Shown here: positions 10,840 to 20,107 of the stretch, in pieces
How positions within the stretch are numbered: the first letter of the stretch is position 1
How the letters are laid out: every line of letters begins with the position of its first letter
Assembly (NCBI RefSeq): GCF_006345805.1
Contig: NW_021836018.1
Span: 1-27,044 of the forward strand
Length of the DNA stretch: 27,044 bases
Direction: 5' to 3'
From: Octopus sinensis
Lineage: Eukaryota
Made by a program: the position numbers and the translations under genes
Notes under the pieces: model-generated
What the model saw: the letters and a program-made list of their open reading frames with translations, nothing else
What the model was told of the DNA's origin: nothing
Databases searched by the model: none

Positions 10840-11396
10840 GATGCCCTGATGCAGTACCAGGCAGTGGCTCTCATGGCTTCTGATCTTAACTGATTGGAAG
10901 TGTTATCATGTACATTGTTTTGTCTTGGTATAAAAGATGGGCTACAGCAAATATTCTGCTCAATACCACAGATTTGCTTGTCAGTTGTTTGACCTTAACC
11001 AGTTGAGCATGTCCCTTAGTGGCTGACGATATGTGCATCTCTGATCACGAGCAGAAGTAGTGGGGGAGCATCATAGCCATGTGTTGAGAAGGATTCTTTG
11101 GGGTTTGAATAATTCACCTCTGGAAACATGGGTGTTTCGTTCAACGTCCTTAAACAACCCTAATTCAGGGACCTTTTGAGCGGGATGGGTTACTCGATCT
11201 GAAGAAAATTCTAACTGGGCTCCACCTGCAAGGTCATGTGCTGTTTATCTTGATATGAGATCACCATGTCGCGCACACATGGTTGTGATGCATGTGCCTG
11301 GTGTACCCTTATCAGACGGGTAGTCATGATGGGTATACTGGGCTTCGTATATTTTACCCCAGTGTCACTTTGATGGCATGCTCTGCTCGCTCACTC
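10839..11396. mobile_element. 558-bp non-coding element embedded in an (AAT)n microsatellite
   Basis: Sharp boundaries (AAT)n|GGATGCCCTG...CTCGCTCACTC|(AAT)n. Complex sequence with no long ORF and no TIRs. Confidence 0.7.
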
Positions 11397-11406
11397 AATA
11401 ATAATG

Positions 11407-11473
<67 letters not shown>

Positions 11474-11505
11474 TGATGATGACGATGATGATGATGATGA
11501 TGATA
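11397..11505. repeat. (AAT)n-(GAT)n microsatellite; matching tract at 10787-10838
   Basis: Direct inspection. Confidence 0.97.
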
Positions 11506-11700
11506 ACGCTTTCAAATTTAGACAGAAATTTGTGAGGAAGAAATTAGTCGATAGTATCGACCCAGTATTTTACTGGTATTTTATTTTATCGTTCCCGGAA
11601 AGTTAAAATGCGAAGATGACCTCGGCGAGATTTAAATTCTAAAAAATTAAGGCGTAATAAGTAAATTTACATTCCGAGTTCAAATCCCGCCGTGGTTGGG
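11495..11700 (-). mobile_element. SINE family A fragments (minus 11495-11640; short plus-strand B-box piece 11660-11700)
   Basis: GTCGATAGTATCGACCCAG...GACCTCGGCGAGATTTAAATTC, then CCGAGTTCAAATCCCGCCG. Confidence 0.65.
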
Positions 11701-11950
11701 AGTTGTTTATGTCCTCGGGAAATACATGAACGCCACATCATAACATTTAGCTTCATTTTGCTTTCTAATTGTTTTTTTTTTTTTTAATTTAGAGCTTTGT
11801 TTGACTGAAATAAATTACTGTTGTTGTTGCTGCTAAGATTTTGGTTGCAGTTATTGTTGTTGTTACTACTACTGTTGTTATCGTCATTGTTGTTGCCGTT
11901 GTAGCTATTGTTTCTTGCTGCTCTTCTTCTTCTTCTTCTTCTTCTTCTTC

Positions 11951-12429
11951 CAATCAGGACTCACGCCATTAGCCACAAAGTATAGTCTCTAATTCGAGCC
12001 TACTCTAAGCTACTAAGAATGCGTGTGGCAACTTGAAGATCCATCCACCACACGCGATAGACTGGCGGTTGCATGGGCGCGAAAATTACGTTGTTATCCT
12101 CATTCCGTAAACGGTGGCTTTTAACGGGTGGAGAGCTGAACCATCCTGGGGTACAGAGGATTCACAATCTAGACTAGTGTCTGAAAGATTACCACACCAT
12201 AGTGGGTTACACCATGGTTCCTCTGCTTTGTGGCAGAAGTAGGAAGAAAGAGTGAGAGAAAGTTGTGGTGAAAGAGTAGAGCGGGGTTCAGCTCCCCCCC
12301 CCGCCGGAGCATCGTGGAGCTTAGGTGTTTTTGCTCAATAAACATTTACAATGCCCGGTCTGGGAATCGAAACCGCGTTCTTACGACCTCCAGTCTGCTG
12401 CTCTAATCACTGGGCTATTTCGCCTCCAC
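11951..12429 (-). mobile_element. tRNA-derived SINE family C with (AAG)n tail
   Basis: Head GTGGAGGCGAAATAGCCCAGTGATTAG (A-box) and GGTTTCGATTCCC (B-box, 12362-12374). The sequence runs into (AAG)n at 11922-11950. Treating head and tail as one element is inference. Confidence 0.65.
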
Positions 12430-12503
12430 TGTAGCTGTTGTTGTTACTGATGTAGTTGTTGTTGCTGTTGTAGTTACTGTTGTTGCTGTTACTGTTGTTT
12501 ATA

Positions 12504-13114
12504 TTATTACCTCCACTTTAGCAAAGGCGGAGGTATTGTTTTCAGTCGTGTTTGTTTGTTTGTTTGTCCGTGGACAAGATATTTCAAGAACCGTTGGACG
12601 TATTCAGATGCAACTTTCAGTGATGTTTGGTCTTGTGACTGGCACGAACTGATTTAATTTTCGGATCGATCTGGTACCGGACAAGGATTCTGGATTATTT
12701 GTTATATTTACTTTACTTTATATGATTACGATCTTACGCTAACTTTGAAGTCTTTCTCAATTATCTCCCTCTAGGCTGTAACTATATTGAATGGTGAATT
12801 TGTTAACGTTGGCTTATATCAGATAAGGATAAACTATTTATTACTGTTACTAAATTCTCTACAACCACCTTCACATTCCATCACTACCATTGGGATCGAT
12901 CAGGTACCGGACAAAGATTCTGGATTATTTTTCCTGTTTTTTTATTTTTTAACTTAATTCTTGAGAGCGGACGGGTTCATTTTTAGTATTCTCGTTTGTG
13001 AGAGTGGTCGAGTTTATTTCAGATATTCTCATTTTAAAACTCATCTCTGGCTAATCGTTGTGAGGACGTTGGTGTTGCCTCGGTAGAGGTTTGCACTCTC
13101 TGAGTGCTCTTGTT
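12504..13114 (+). mobile_element. Helentron-associated non-autonomous element (HINE/DINE-1-like)
   Basis: 5' subterminal repeat ACCTCCAC with adjacent inverted partner GGCGGAGGT (12509-12534), (GTTT)n at ~12548-12566, 3' subterminal GGTAGAGGT, terminal hairpin GCACTC-TCT-GAGTGC (13093-13107) and T-rich flanks. This matches the DINE-1/HINE architecture of Thomas et al. 2014. Confidence 0.75.
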
Positions 13115-13228
13115 GTTATTGTTGTTGTTGTTGTTATTGTTATGGTTGTTGCTGTTGTTATTGTTATTGCTGTTGTTATTATCGCTATTCTTGTTGTGAC
13201 TGTTGTTGTTGTTTGCTATTGTTATTGC

Positions 13229-13272
<44 letters not shown>

Positions 13273-13375
13273 TTATTATTATTATCATCATCATTATTAT
13301 TGTTGTTATTATTATTATTATTATTGTTGTTATTATTATTATTGCTGTTGTTGCTAATGTTGTTATTCATCTAGA
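13111..13375. repeat. Compound (TTG)/(TTA)/(TCA)n microsatellite
   Basis: Direct inspection. Confidence 0.97.
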
Positions 13376-13699
13376 TGCTGCTAATGAATTACAGTTGAAG
13401 GACAAAGCAAGGTGATCGGATTTTAACCTGAGGGTATTTTTTATGTAGTGTATGCGGATGTGTGTGTGTGTGTGTGTATGCATGGTGCTTGTGTGTGTGT
13501 ATGCATGTATATATATTCACGTATTCGTGTGATTGTGTTGATACCTGTATATGAATGTGTGTGTGCATGTGCATGTGTGTGTGTATCTAAATATACCTGA
13601 ACATATTGATATGAATATGTGTATGTGTATGTGTAAATATGTAATCTTTTACGTAAGACGATCTCCTTGGTAAGAGATAGAGATAGATAGAAAGAGAGT

Positions 13700-13740
<41 letters not shown>

Positions 13741-13924
13741 TAAAAGATGAGAAGGAAAGATGAAAAGAGAAGAGAATGAAAAGTCGGGTAGCTTTGGCCA
13801 AGCCAGACAAACAAGCACACACACACTCACTCATACACACCACACACAAATACACACACACACACACACATACACACAGATTCTCGATTCAGATGAGCAA
13901 GCGGCAGCTGTTTGAAAGAACGGC

Positions 13925-14180
13925 CAAGTTAACGAGACTAGCAGCAAGGTCACCCGTTCTGCTGGAAATAGCAGCACGATCTACCCCCTAAACCACATCC
14001 TATCGTCAATATAAAAGAAATAAGAAGAAAAAAAAAGATAAACGGGACACATTAGATAATCGTAATCCTAGATTATCTTAAAACGAAACGACGGAATTTC
14101 TTTGATCTAAGCTGTATCAGGGACCGATTTAGCACCTAAACAACAACAGAAACAACAACAACAGCAGCAGCAACAACAAC
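13925..14180 (+). mobile_element. Retroposon 3' end with (CAA)n tail
   Basis: GCTGGAAATAGCAGC...GGGACACATTAGATAAT...CTAAACAACAACAG...(CAA/CAG)n. A related GCTAGAAATAAGAGC motif occurs at ~26582. Confidence 0.5.
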
Positions 14181-14231
14181 AGGAAGGCAGAGAGTATCAT
14201 GGGAATGATATAATGGTTTTTGCTATTTTAT

Positions 14232-14277
14232 AATGCTCCAGCATGACCGCAGTTCAGTGACTGAAACAAGTAAACGA
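14232..14277 (+). mobile_element. Isolated SINE family B 3' tail
   Basis: ATGCTCCAGCATGACCGCAGTTCAGTGACTGAAACAAGTAAA. Confidence 0.75.
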
Positions 14278-14281
14278 TACT

Positions 14282-14303
14282 GTATCTATCAATCACTCAA
14301 TCA

Positions 14304-14359
<56 letters not shown>

Positions 14360-14447
14360 GTCTATCTATCTATCTATCTATCTATCTATCCATCTATCTA
14401 TCTATCTATCTGTCTATCTGTCTATCTATCTATCTATCCATCTATCC

Positions 14448-14502
<55 letters not shown>
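14282..14502. repeat. (TCTA)n microsatellite
   Basis: Direct inspection. Confidence 0.98.
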
Positions 14503-14503
<1 letters not shown>

Positions 14504-14510
14504 GCACACA

Positions 14511-14709
14511 CGAAGGGGGTGCTCAAAAGTTCATAGTTTTAAGGGTCTCGCGAAAGGTCTGATTGGAGGTCCAACCTTCCGAGTTGTTTTACAGGGCTTA
14601 GAAAAACTGAAGGACTGCTGCAATAAGTGTATGAATCTGAGAGGGGAGATATGTTGGATAAAATCATAATTAACTGATCCTCCTGTATTTTCTTTTTCCC
14701 AAAGCCTCG
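14511..14709 (+). mobile_element. Mariner-derived MITE, copy 2 (right TIR partly deleted)
   Basis: CGAAGGGGGTGCTCAAAAGTTC...GGGCTTAGAAAAACTGAAGGACTGCTGC...CAAAGCCTCG; homologous to 4064-4277 and 24311-24529. Confidence 0.85.
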
Positions 14710-14725
14710 TGTATGTATATGTATA

Positions 14726-14998
14726 TACTCTTTTACTCTTTTTTTAAACTCTTTTATTTGTTTCAGTCATTTGACTCTGGCCATGCTGGAGCACCGCCTT
14801 TAGTCGAGCAAATCGACCCAAGGACCTATTCTTTATAAGCCTAGTACTTATTCTATCGATCTCTTTTGCCGAACCGCTAAGTTACGGGGACGTAAACACA
14901 CCAGCATCGGTTGTCAAGCGATGTTGGGTGGACGAACACTACACCAACACAACATTCACAGACACATACATATATATAATATATATATAATATATATA

Positions 14999-15042
<44 letters not shown>

Positions 15043-15200
15043 CGCGGGCTTCTTTTAGTTTCCGTCTACCAAATCCACTCACAAAGCATTGGTCAGCCCG
15101 AGGCTATAGTAGAAGAAACTTGCCCAAGGTGCTACGCAGTGGGACTGAATCCGGAACCATGTGGTTCGTAAGCAAGCTACTTACCACACAGCCACTCCTG
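14726..15200 (-). mobile_element. SINE family B, near full length
   Basis: Collinear with 18367-18883; central (TA)n. Confidence 0.93.
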
Positions 15201-15891
15201 GACTTAGAGTATATGTTTAGTAGTATGCCGATTAAAGCACTTTCACTTTAGGCTACCTGATATCATCCCCAGTTATGATATAATTGTCACTGTATGTGCG
15301 CCTGGAATTTCGCAGTGTTCGTTGAGTTTATAACGAATGAGGGAAACGGAAAATGAAGTTAGCAAGAATCATTATTCAACACAACGATCGTTTCGACCCA
15401 GAGCCAGAAGATATTTCAGCTCCACAAAATTGTTGATACTTTTCAAAGCTAAAGCGATGTCCACATTAAAAATACTGCTCCTGCATTTGGGAAGGGGTTG
15501 TTACTAGGCATCCAGACGGAGGGTCACTCGAGTGAATGATATCAAATCCGTAACGAAGACACCTCACCACTGGTTCAACAGACGTGCTATTTTCTTTGCC
15601 TTTTCTCTGTTACTATAATGGTCTCTGTTTTTTTTTTTGGGAGTTTTTTAGAGTTAGCTCTTCGCCACGTGTATCTCCGATCAACATGCCTCTCCACCTC
15701 TCTCATTCCGTATTGTGTCGAACCCTCAATTCTCTATGTAGCTACTATATCCAGTCTTTTCTCTTTAGAACGTCGGTCTTCTGGAATATTTTCCCCATTT
15801 CATGTCTTCTCTGTAGATGTTTATCTGCGATAGATTAAGCGGTCTTTGACAACATCAAACTTTTCAACCTCGGAGGGCCAACAAAATCAAA

Positions 15892-16311
15892 GGATCTTTT
15901 CGGTTTGAACGGCAGTTTTTTAAAATAATTTCCACGTAACTAAACACTTTTAAACTTCGTATACATGTAGAATGTGTTTATAAAACATCTTTTTCTCTTG
16001 GCTTTATTGAGAAAATTCTATAGTTTGTAAGATATTTGTTGTTTTTTTTTCTTCAATTTCTGCAATTTCAACCAATCAATGACGTCTATTGAGCTAAAAA
16101 AACATCCTGTGCCGTCTGAATATGTCCCTCGTTTAAGAAACAGATGGGGTTTATTTACATTAGTGAAGAAAAAAAGATACCCTTCCCCCCCACCCCTAAT
16201 CCTATCCCTAAAACAGATTGAAATGCAATACATCGATACTAGGGTCATAATTATGGGTGACAATTTCATATGACACCGCTAGAAAAAACTGCGTTCAAAC
16301 CGAAAAGATCC
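15892..16311. mobile_element. 420-bp MITE with ~29-30-bp TIRs (superfamily unassigned)
   Basis: GGATCTTTTCGGTTTGAACGGCAGTTTTTT (15892-15921) and AAAAAACTGCGTTCAAACCGAAAAGATCC (16283-16311) differ by one base indel. AAA flanks both ends. Confidence 0.85.
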
Positions 16312-16426
16312 AAATTAAATACACTGCTCCTTCCTCCAAACTCAGCAGAAAGAAAAAGAATATACGTTTTACGGAGATGTACTTGCATAGCAAGTGACTT
16401 GATCTGAGATCATGTGCTGAAACAAA

Positions 16427-16599
16427 AACAATTGCAGCGTGGAAGATGTTTGTAAGCCATTTAAGAATACACACAATCAGTTAGCTTCAAGTCAACATTT
16501 AAGCATTTTGACGCAAATTAAATTTAAATGCTGAAGTGAAACTAACGGTTTTTCTGTGTTCTTAAATGGCTTACAAACATCTTCCACGCTGCAATTGTT
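16427..16599. repeat. Foldback inverted repeat: perfect 41-bp arms plus ~37-bp imperfect inner arms
   Basis: 16427-16467 AACAATTGCAGCGTGGAAGATGTTTGTAAGCCATTTAAGAA is the exact reverse complement of 16559-16599. Confidence 0.95.
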
Positions 16600-16919
16600 A
16601 ATATACGTTTTATTCTTCAGAAAGTGGGATGTTTTTTGTTAGTTTCTATGATATTTCGGCAGTTAAGGCTTCGTAAGTTAAGGTCACAGATCAGTATTTT
16701 GGAGGAGTTTGCTAATTCTTTCGTTTTTTGGATTAAGATGTTTTTTTCCCTCCATAGTGAACCACTCAGGGATTATTTCTACCTCATTATATATTGGATT
16801 TAAGCGGCTAGCTGAGACAGAATCATTTCTGGACAAAATGCATTTCGTTCATCTTTACGCTTTGAGTTCAAATTTCACTGTGGTTGTTTTTGTATTTCAC
16901 TCTTTCCAGGATCGCTGAA

Positions 16920-16980
16920 ATAAGGTTCAGTAAAACACTGGGGTCGATATAATCTTGTAGCCCTTTTCCCCACAAATTTC
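16920..16980 (+). mobile_element. SINE family A-like 3' fragment
   Basis: ACACTGGGGTCGATATAATC...CCCCACAAATTTCC. Confidence 0.55.
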
Positions 16981-17033
16981 CAGCATTGTACTTATAGTAA
17001 ATAACTCCATTCGTTCTTTCTTCCACTTATCTT

Positions 17034-17357
17034 AATCCCATTCGATGGGATTAAAATGGTATCATGAGAGTATCCCATCTGTTAGGCCATCTCTTGTGGC
17101 GTGGATCCTTGTCGATGAGCTCGTTGAATTGAATGGGTCGGTCGGAATGCGGAGTATCTGCGAGGTCGAATTCTTCCTAGAAGTGCAAAAACCATTTCTG
17201 TGCAATGTTTTGTTTTTCTTTCCAGTAAGATCGCCTTCTCTGTACACAGCACAAATATCATGAACGACTTTGGCAGCTTTGGAACCTAGATTGAAAGCGA
17301 AGAGAAGCAGGTGTTGAAAATATTCATTTTACTTTTCAGCTTGGTTCTCCTCGTCAT
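17034..17357 (-). pseudogene. Mariner (Tc1/mariner, DD34D) transposase N-terminal HTH remnant
   Basis: Frame-corrected translation NEYFQHLLLFAFNLGSKAAKVVHDICAVYREG...AQKWF...FDLADTPHSDRPIQFNE matches the mariner N-terminus (HFRHLLLF.F..G.KAA.AAR.IC.VYG...WF..F..G.FDL.D.PRSGRP). Contains stops and frameshifts. Confidence 0.85.
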
Positions 17358-17659
17358 ATGTGTGGAATAGAAGTAAAATTTATTCAAAGTTCAGAAACGA
17401 TAAACAAACGTTATGGAGGGAGAACAGAGTTACAAGAAAACCATTTTTCGTGTTAATTCAAATAACATTGGAATGAAACGAACGAATATACCTGACAGCT
17501 CAATATTTACCACCAATTCATTTGTGGTTGTTAAATACTTCATTCAGATGCATTCCAGGTGTTCATTTTTTTGTTACATCTGGGTTAATTCTTGAGTTGC
17601 TATGGTATCTTACAAATACTCGGGCGCTGCATTTGTTGGTTTCAAAACTCTCGTATGCC

Positions 17660-18035
17660 ATAATCCCTTTACCGCCTACACTCTCCTTAAAATTCTTCTA
17701 CATCTCTCTCTTGCTGTTGGCACTGCATTGATTTCTATTTTGTTTTTACCTGGTTCTTGATAAAATCGTTTTCGATTGGAGTCGAAGAGCTTTTTTTTTT
17801 TTCGTTCAAAGAATCGTTGCTGTTTTTCATGACGACCGATTCTCTACGAGTTAGCAAGGATATCTTGTTTCAGGTGTTATTTCATTTCAACTACTTCCTC
17901 TTTTTGTTATGTTTATATTTCTCTTGTATTTGTCTTCCTATTTTTTTTTTTAATGAAGGCATATTGATTTAATCAAGGATTACGAGAACTTTTCTCTTAT
18001 TTTCTCTTCCTGGGGCATTTCCATTTCGCAGCCTT
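17660..18035 (-). pseudogene. R4/Dong-clade (RLE) LINE ORF remnant, region upstream of RT
   Basis: Translation HLKQDILANS*RIGRHEKQQRFFE..KLFDSNRKRFYQEPGKNKIEINAVPTA..(E)DVEEF resembles the R4/Dong motif LKQ.I.A...R..RY.K.......N.LF..N.K.FY.EL...EEFW. Alignment is from memory. Confidence 0.65.
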
Positions 18036-18366
18036 TCTTTTTTTTTTACCACAAATTTAGTAAAATTTTATAATCTGTAGTGTATGTTTCACTGCTTAAA
18101 GTTGGTTAAAGTATTCGGTCCTGATTGTATTAATTTTTTATGTATTTATGAATTAAGTACTTGTTTCCTCGTTGATGTGGTTTTTCGGTAACAAAGTTTC
18201 TTAATTAGATTCTTCAGTTATATTTATTTCCCCCCAAGAAAGTGGAACAGAATACCTGTACTTTCTAGTGAGCATTTTTCACAAGATGTCGTCGGTGTAC
18301 AGTAAATTTATTATTTCCCGGATACCATATGACTGTATCTAAATGTGCGACTCTGCAAACAAGTTA

Positions 18367-18590
18367 TTTTACTCTTTTACTTGTTTCAGTCATTTGACTG
18401 CGGCCATGCTGGAGCACCGCCTTTAGCCGAGCAAATCGACCCCGGGACTTATTCTTTGTAAGCCCAGTACTTATTCCATCGGTCTCTTTTGCCGAACCGC
18501 TAAGTTACGGGGACGTAAACACACCAGCATTGGTTGTCAAGCAATGCTAGAGGGACAAACACAGACACACAACATACACACACACACGTA

Positions 18591-18686
<96 letters not shown>

Positions 18687-18883
18687 GATATATATATATA
18701 TATAATATATATATATATACGACAGGCTTCTTTCAGTTTCCGTCTACCAAATCCACTCACAAGGCTTTGGTCGGCCCGAGGCTATAGCAGAAGACACTTG
18801 CCCGAGATGCAACGCAGTGGGACTGAACCCGGAACCATGTGGTTGGTTAGCAAGCTACTTACCACACAGCCACTCCTGCGCCT
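18367..18883 (-). mobile_element. SINE family B (CORE-type, OR2-like), full-length, young-looking copy
   Basis: Head AGGCGCAGGAGTGGCTGTGTGGTAAG, B-box GGTTCAGTCCC, CORE-like ATCTCGGGCAAGTGTCTT, ~125-bp central (TA)n, tail GCGGTGCTCCAGCATGGCCGCAGTCAAATGACTGAAACAAGTAAAAGAGT. Confidence 0.95.
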
Positions 18884-19113
18884 GATATTTTCTTCAAATT
18901 TTGGTAGACACCTGCGCTGTATATCTTGGATTACAATATTATTGAAGGTATCTCCTAGGTGTTGCTTTAGGGCAGATATTGTTTTCAACCACTATTCTAT
19001 GGCATATCTGTGCGTCATTCATTACCAACAGATGTATTGCAAGTTTTAATACGCGTTTAAAAGATGCTTGGACATTTACAAATCTATAATCTATCCGCTC
19101 AGACATTTACAAA

Positions 19114-19434
19114 TCTATAATCTATCCGCTCAGTCGAAGTCGACTCTCGGTTACTCCTTGGATCAGTGTCCTCCAGTCAGTTCTATCCTGGGCCGCTTCT
19201 TTCAGATTGGCTATGTCCATTCCGGTATCACTCTTGATGGTGTCTAGCCAGCGGGTTCTTGGTCGGCCTCTTCCTCTCTTGCCACTGACCATTCCGATCA
19301 TGATGTCCTCCTCCAGGGATTTTCTCCGCATAATATGACCGAAATATGCCAATCCATGCTTGGTGATCCTAGCTTCTAGCGACATTTTTGGCCTGATCTG
19401 CTCAAGAACTTCTCCATTGGTGAGCCTCGCTGTT
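19114..19434 (-). mobile_element. 5'-truncated RTE-clade LINE 3' end with 10-bp TSD
   Basis: Uninterrupted frame TARLTNGEVLEQIRPKMSLEARITKHGLAYFGHIMRRKSLEEDIMIGMVSGKRGRGRPRTRWLDTIK...QDRTDWR...RLRLSG*, a classic RTE C-terminus. TSD CATTTACAAA at 19104-19113 and 19435-19444. Confidence 0.92.
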
Positions 19435-19547
19435 CATTTACAAAATATATCATTAATGCACTGCATCGATGCACGTGATTTCTTTATGGCAAAGTACAAT
19501 GCATACAACCAACTCTGTTTTGAAATAATTCTGATATACCTTTTTTA

Positions 19548-20107
19548 TCTCTCTCTATATAAACGGCAGTTTGTCTGTGTGTCTGTCAGGTTGTACCCTC
19601 ACCCTGACCACGGCTTTCAACTGATTCTGATGAAACTTGACACACACATAGCCCAATGTCATAATTCAAAACTAACGCAGCGAAAAGTTTGAAAAGTTCT
19701 CCCAGTTCTGAAAAAAATTAATAAATTCGACATGGGGTCGAGAATCTAAGCTTTTTATTTGCAACACATTTTCTGTTGTAGTTTTCGCAACTTGCAATCG
19801 ATTTTCACCAAACTCATGGTGAAGCTTAATGTTAGCCTAAGAAACTTAATTCTGACGTTAGTTTTCCATGCAATACCTTACCATCAGAAAAAATCGATAA
19901 AATCATGCCCCAGCATGGCCACAGCTCAAGAGCTGAAACTGGAAAACATAAACATAAACATAAACATTTTGGGAAATCGCGTTCAAATTCAAGATGACAT
20001 ATTTTCGACAATATGGCAGGAAATTAAAGGGAAAGGACTAGATTGGGATTAGTCGTTGCCTACTAGGGGCTCTTACATACCCGGGCAACGCCGGGCTATG
20101 CTGCTAG
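19548..20107 (+). mobile_element. Non-autonomous Helitron (~560 bp)
   Basis: 5' A|TC start, (GTCT/GTGT) tract, 3' hairpin CCCGG-GCAACG-CCGGG (20080-20095) and CTAG|T end at 20104-20108, with no TSD. Confidence 0.8.

Noticed and set aside
15375-15425. Minus-strand CUGAAAU...GGUC-GAAACGAUCGU-U hammerhead-like motif
   Set aside because: The core is not CUGANGA, and stems I and II do not pair.
15560-15840. Purine-rich minus-strand stretch that might be a LINE ORF relic
   Set aside because: Stops in all frames and no motif I can name with confidence.
16190-16212. CCCTAATCCTATCCCTAA as interstitial telomere
   Set aside because: Only three degenerate units, internal to a MITE.
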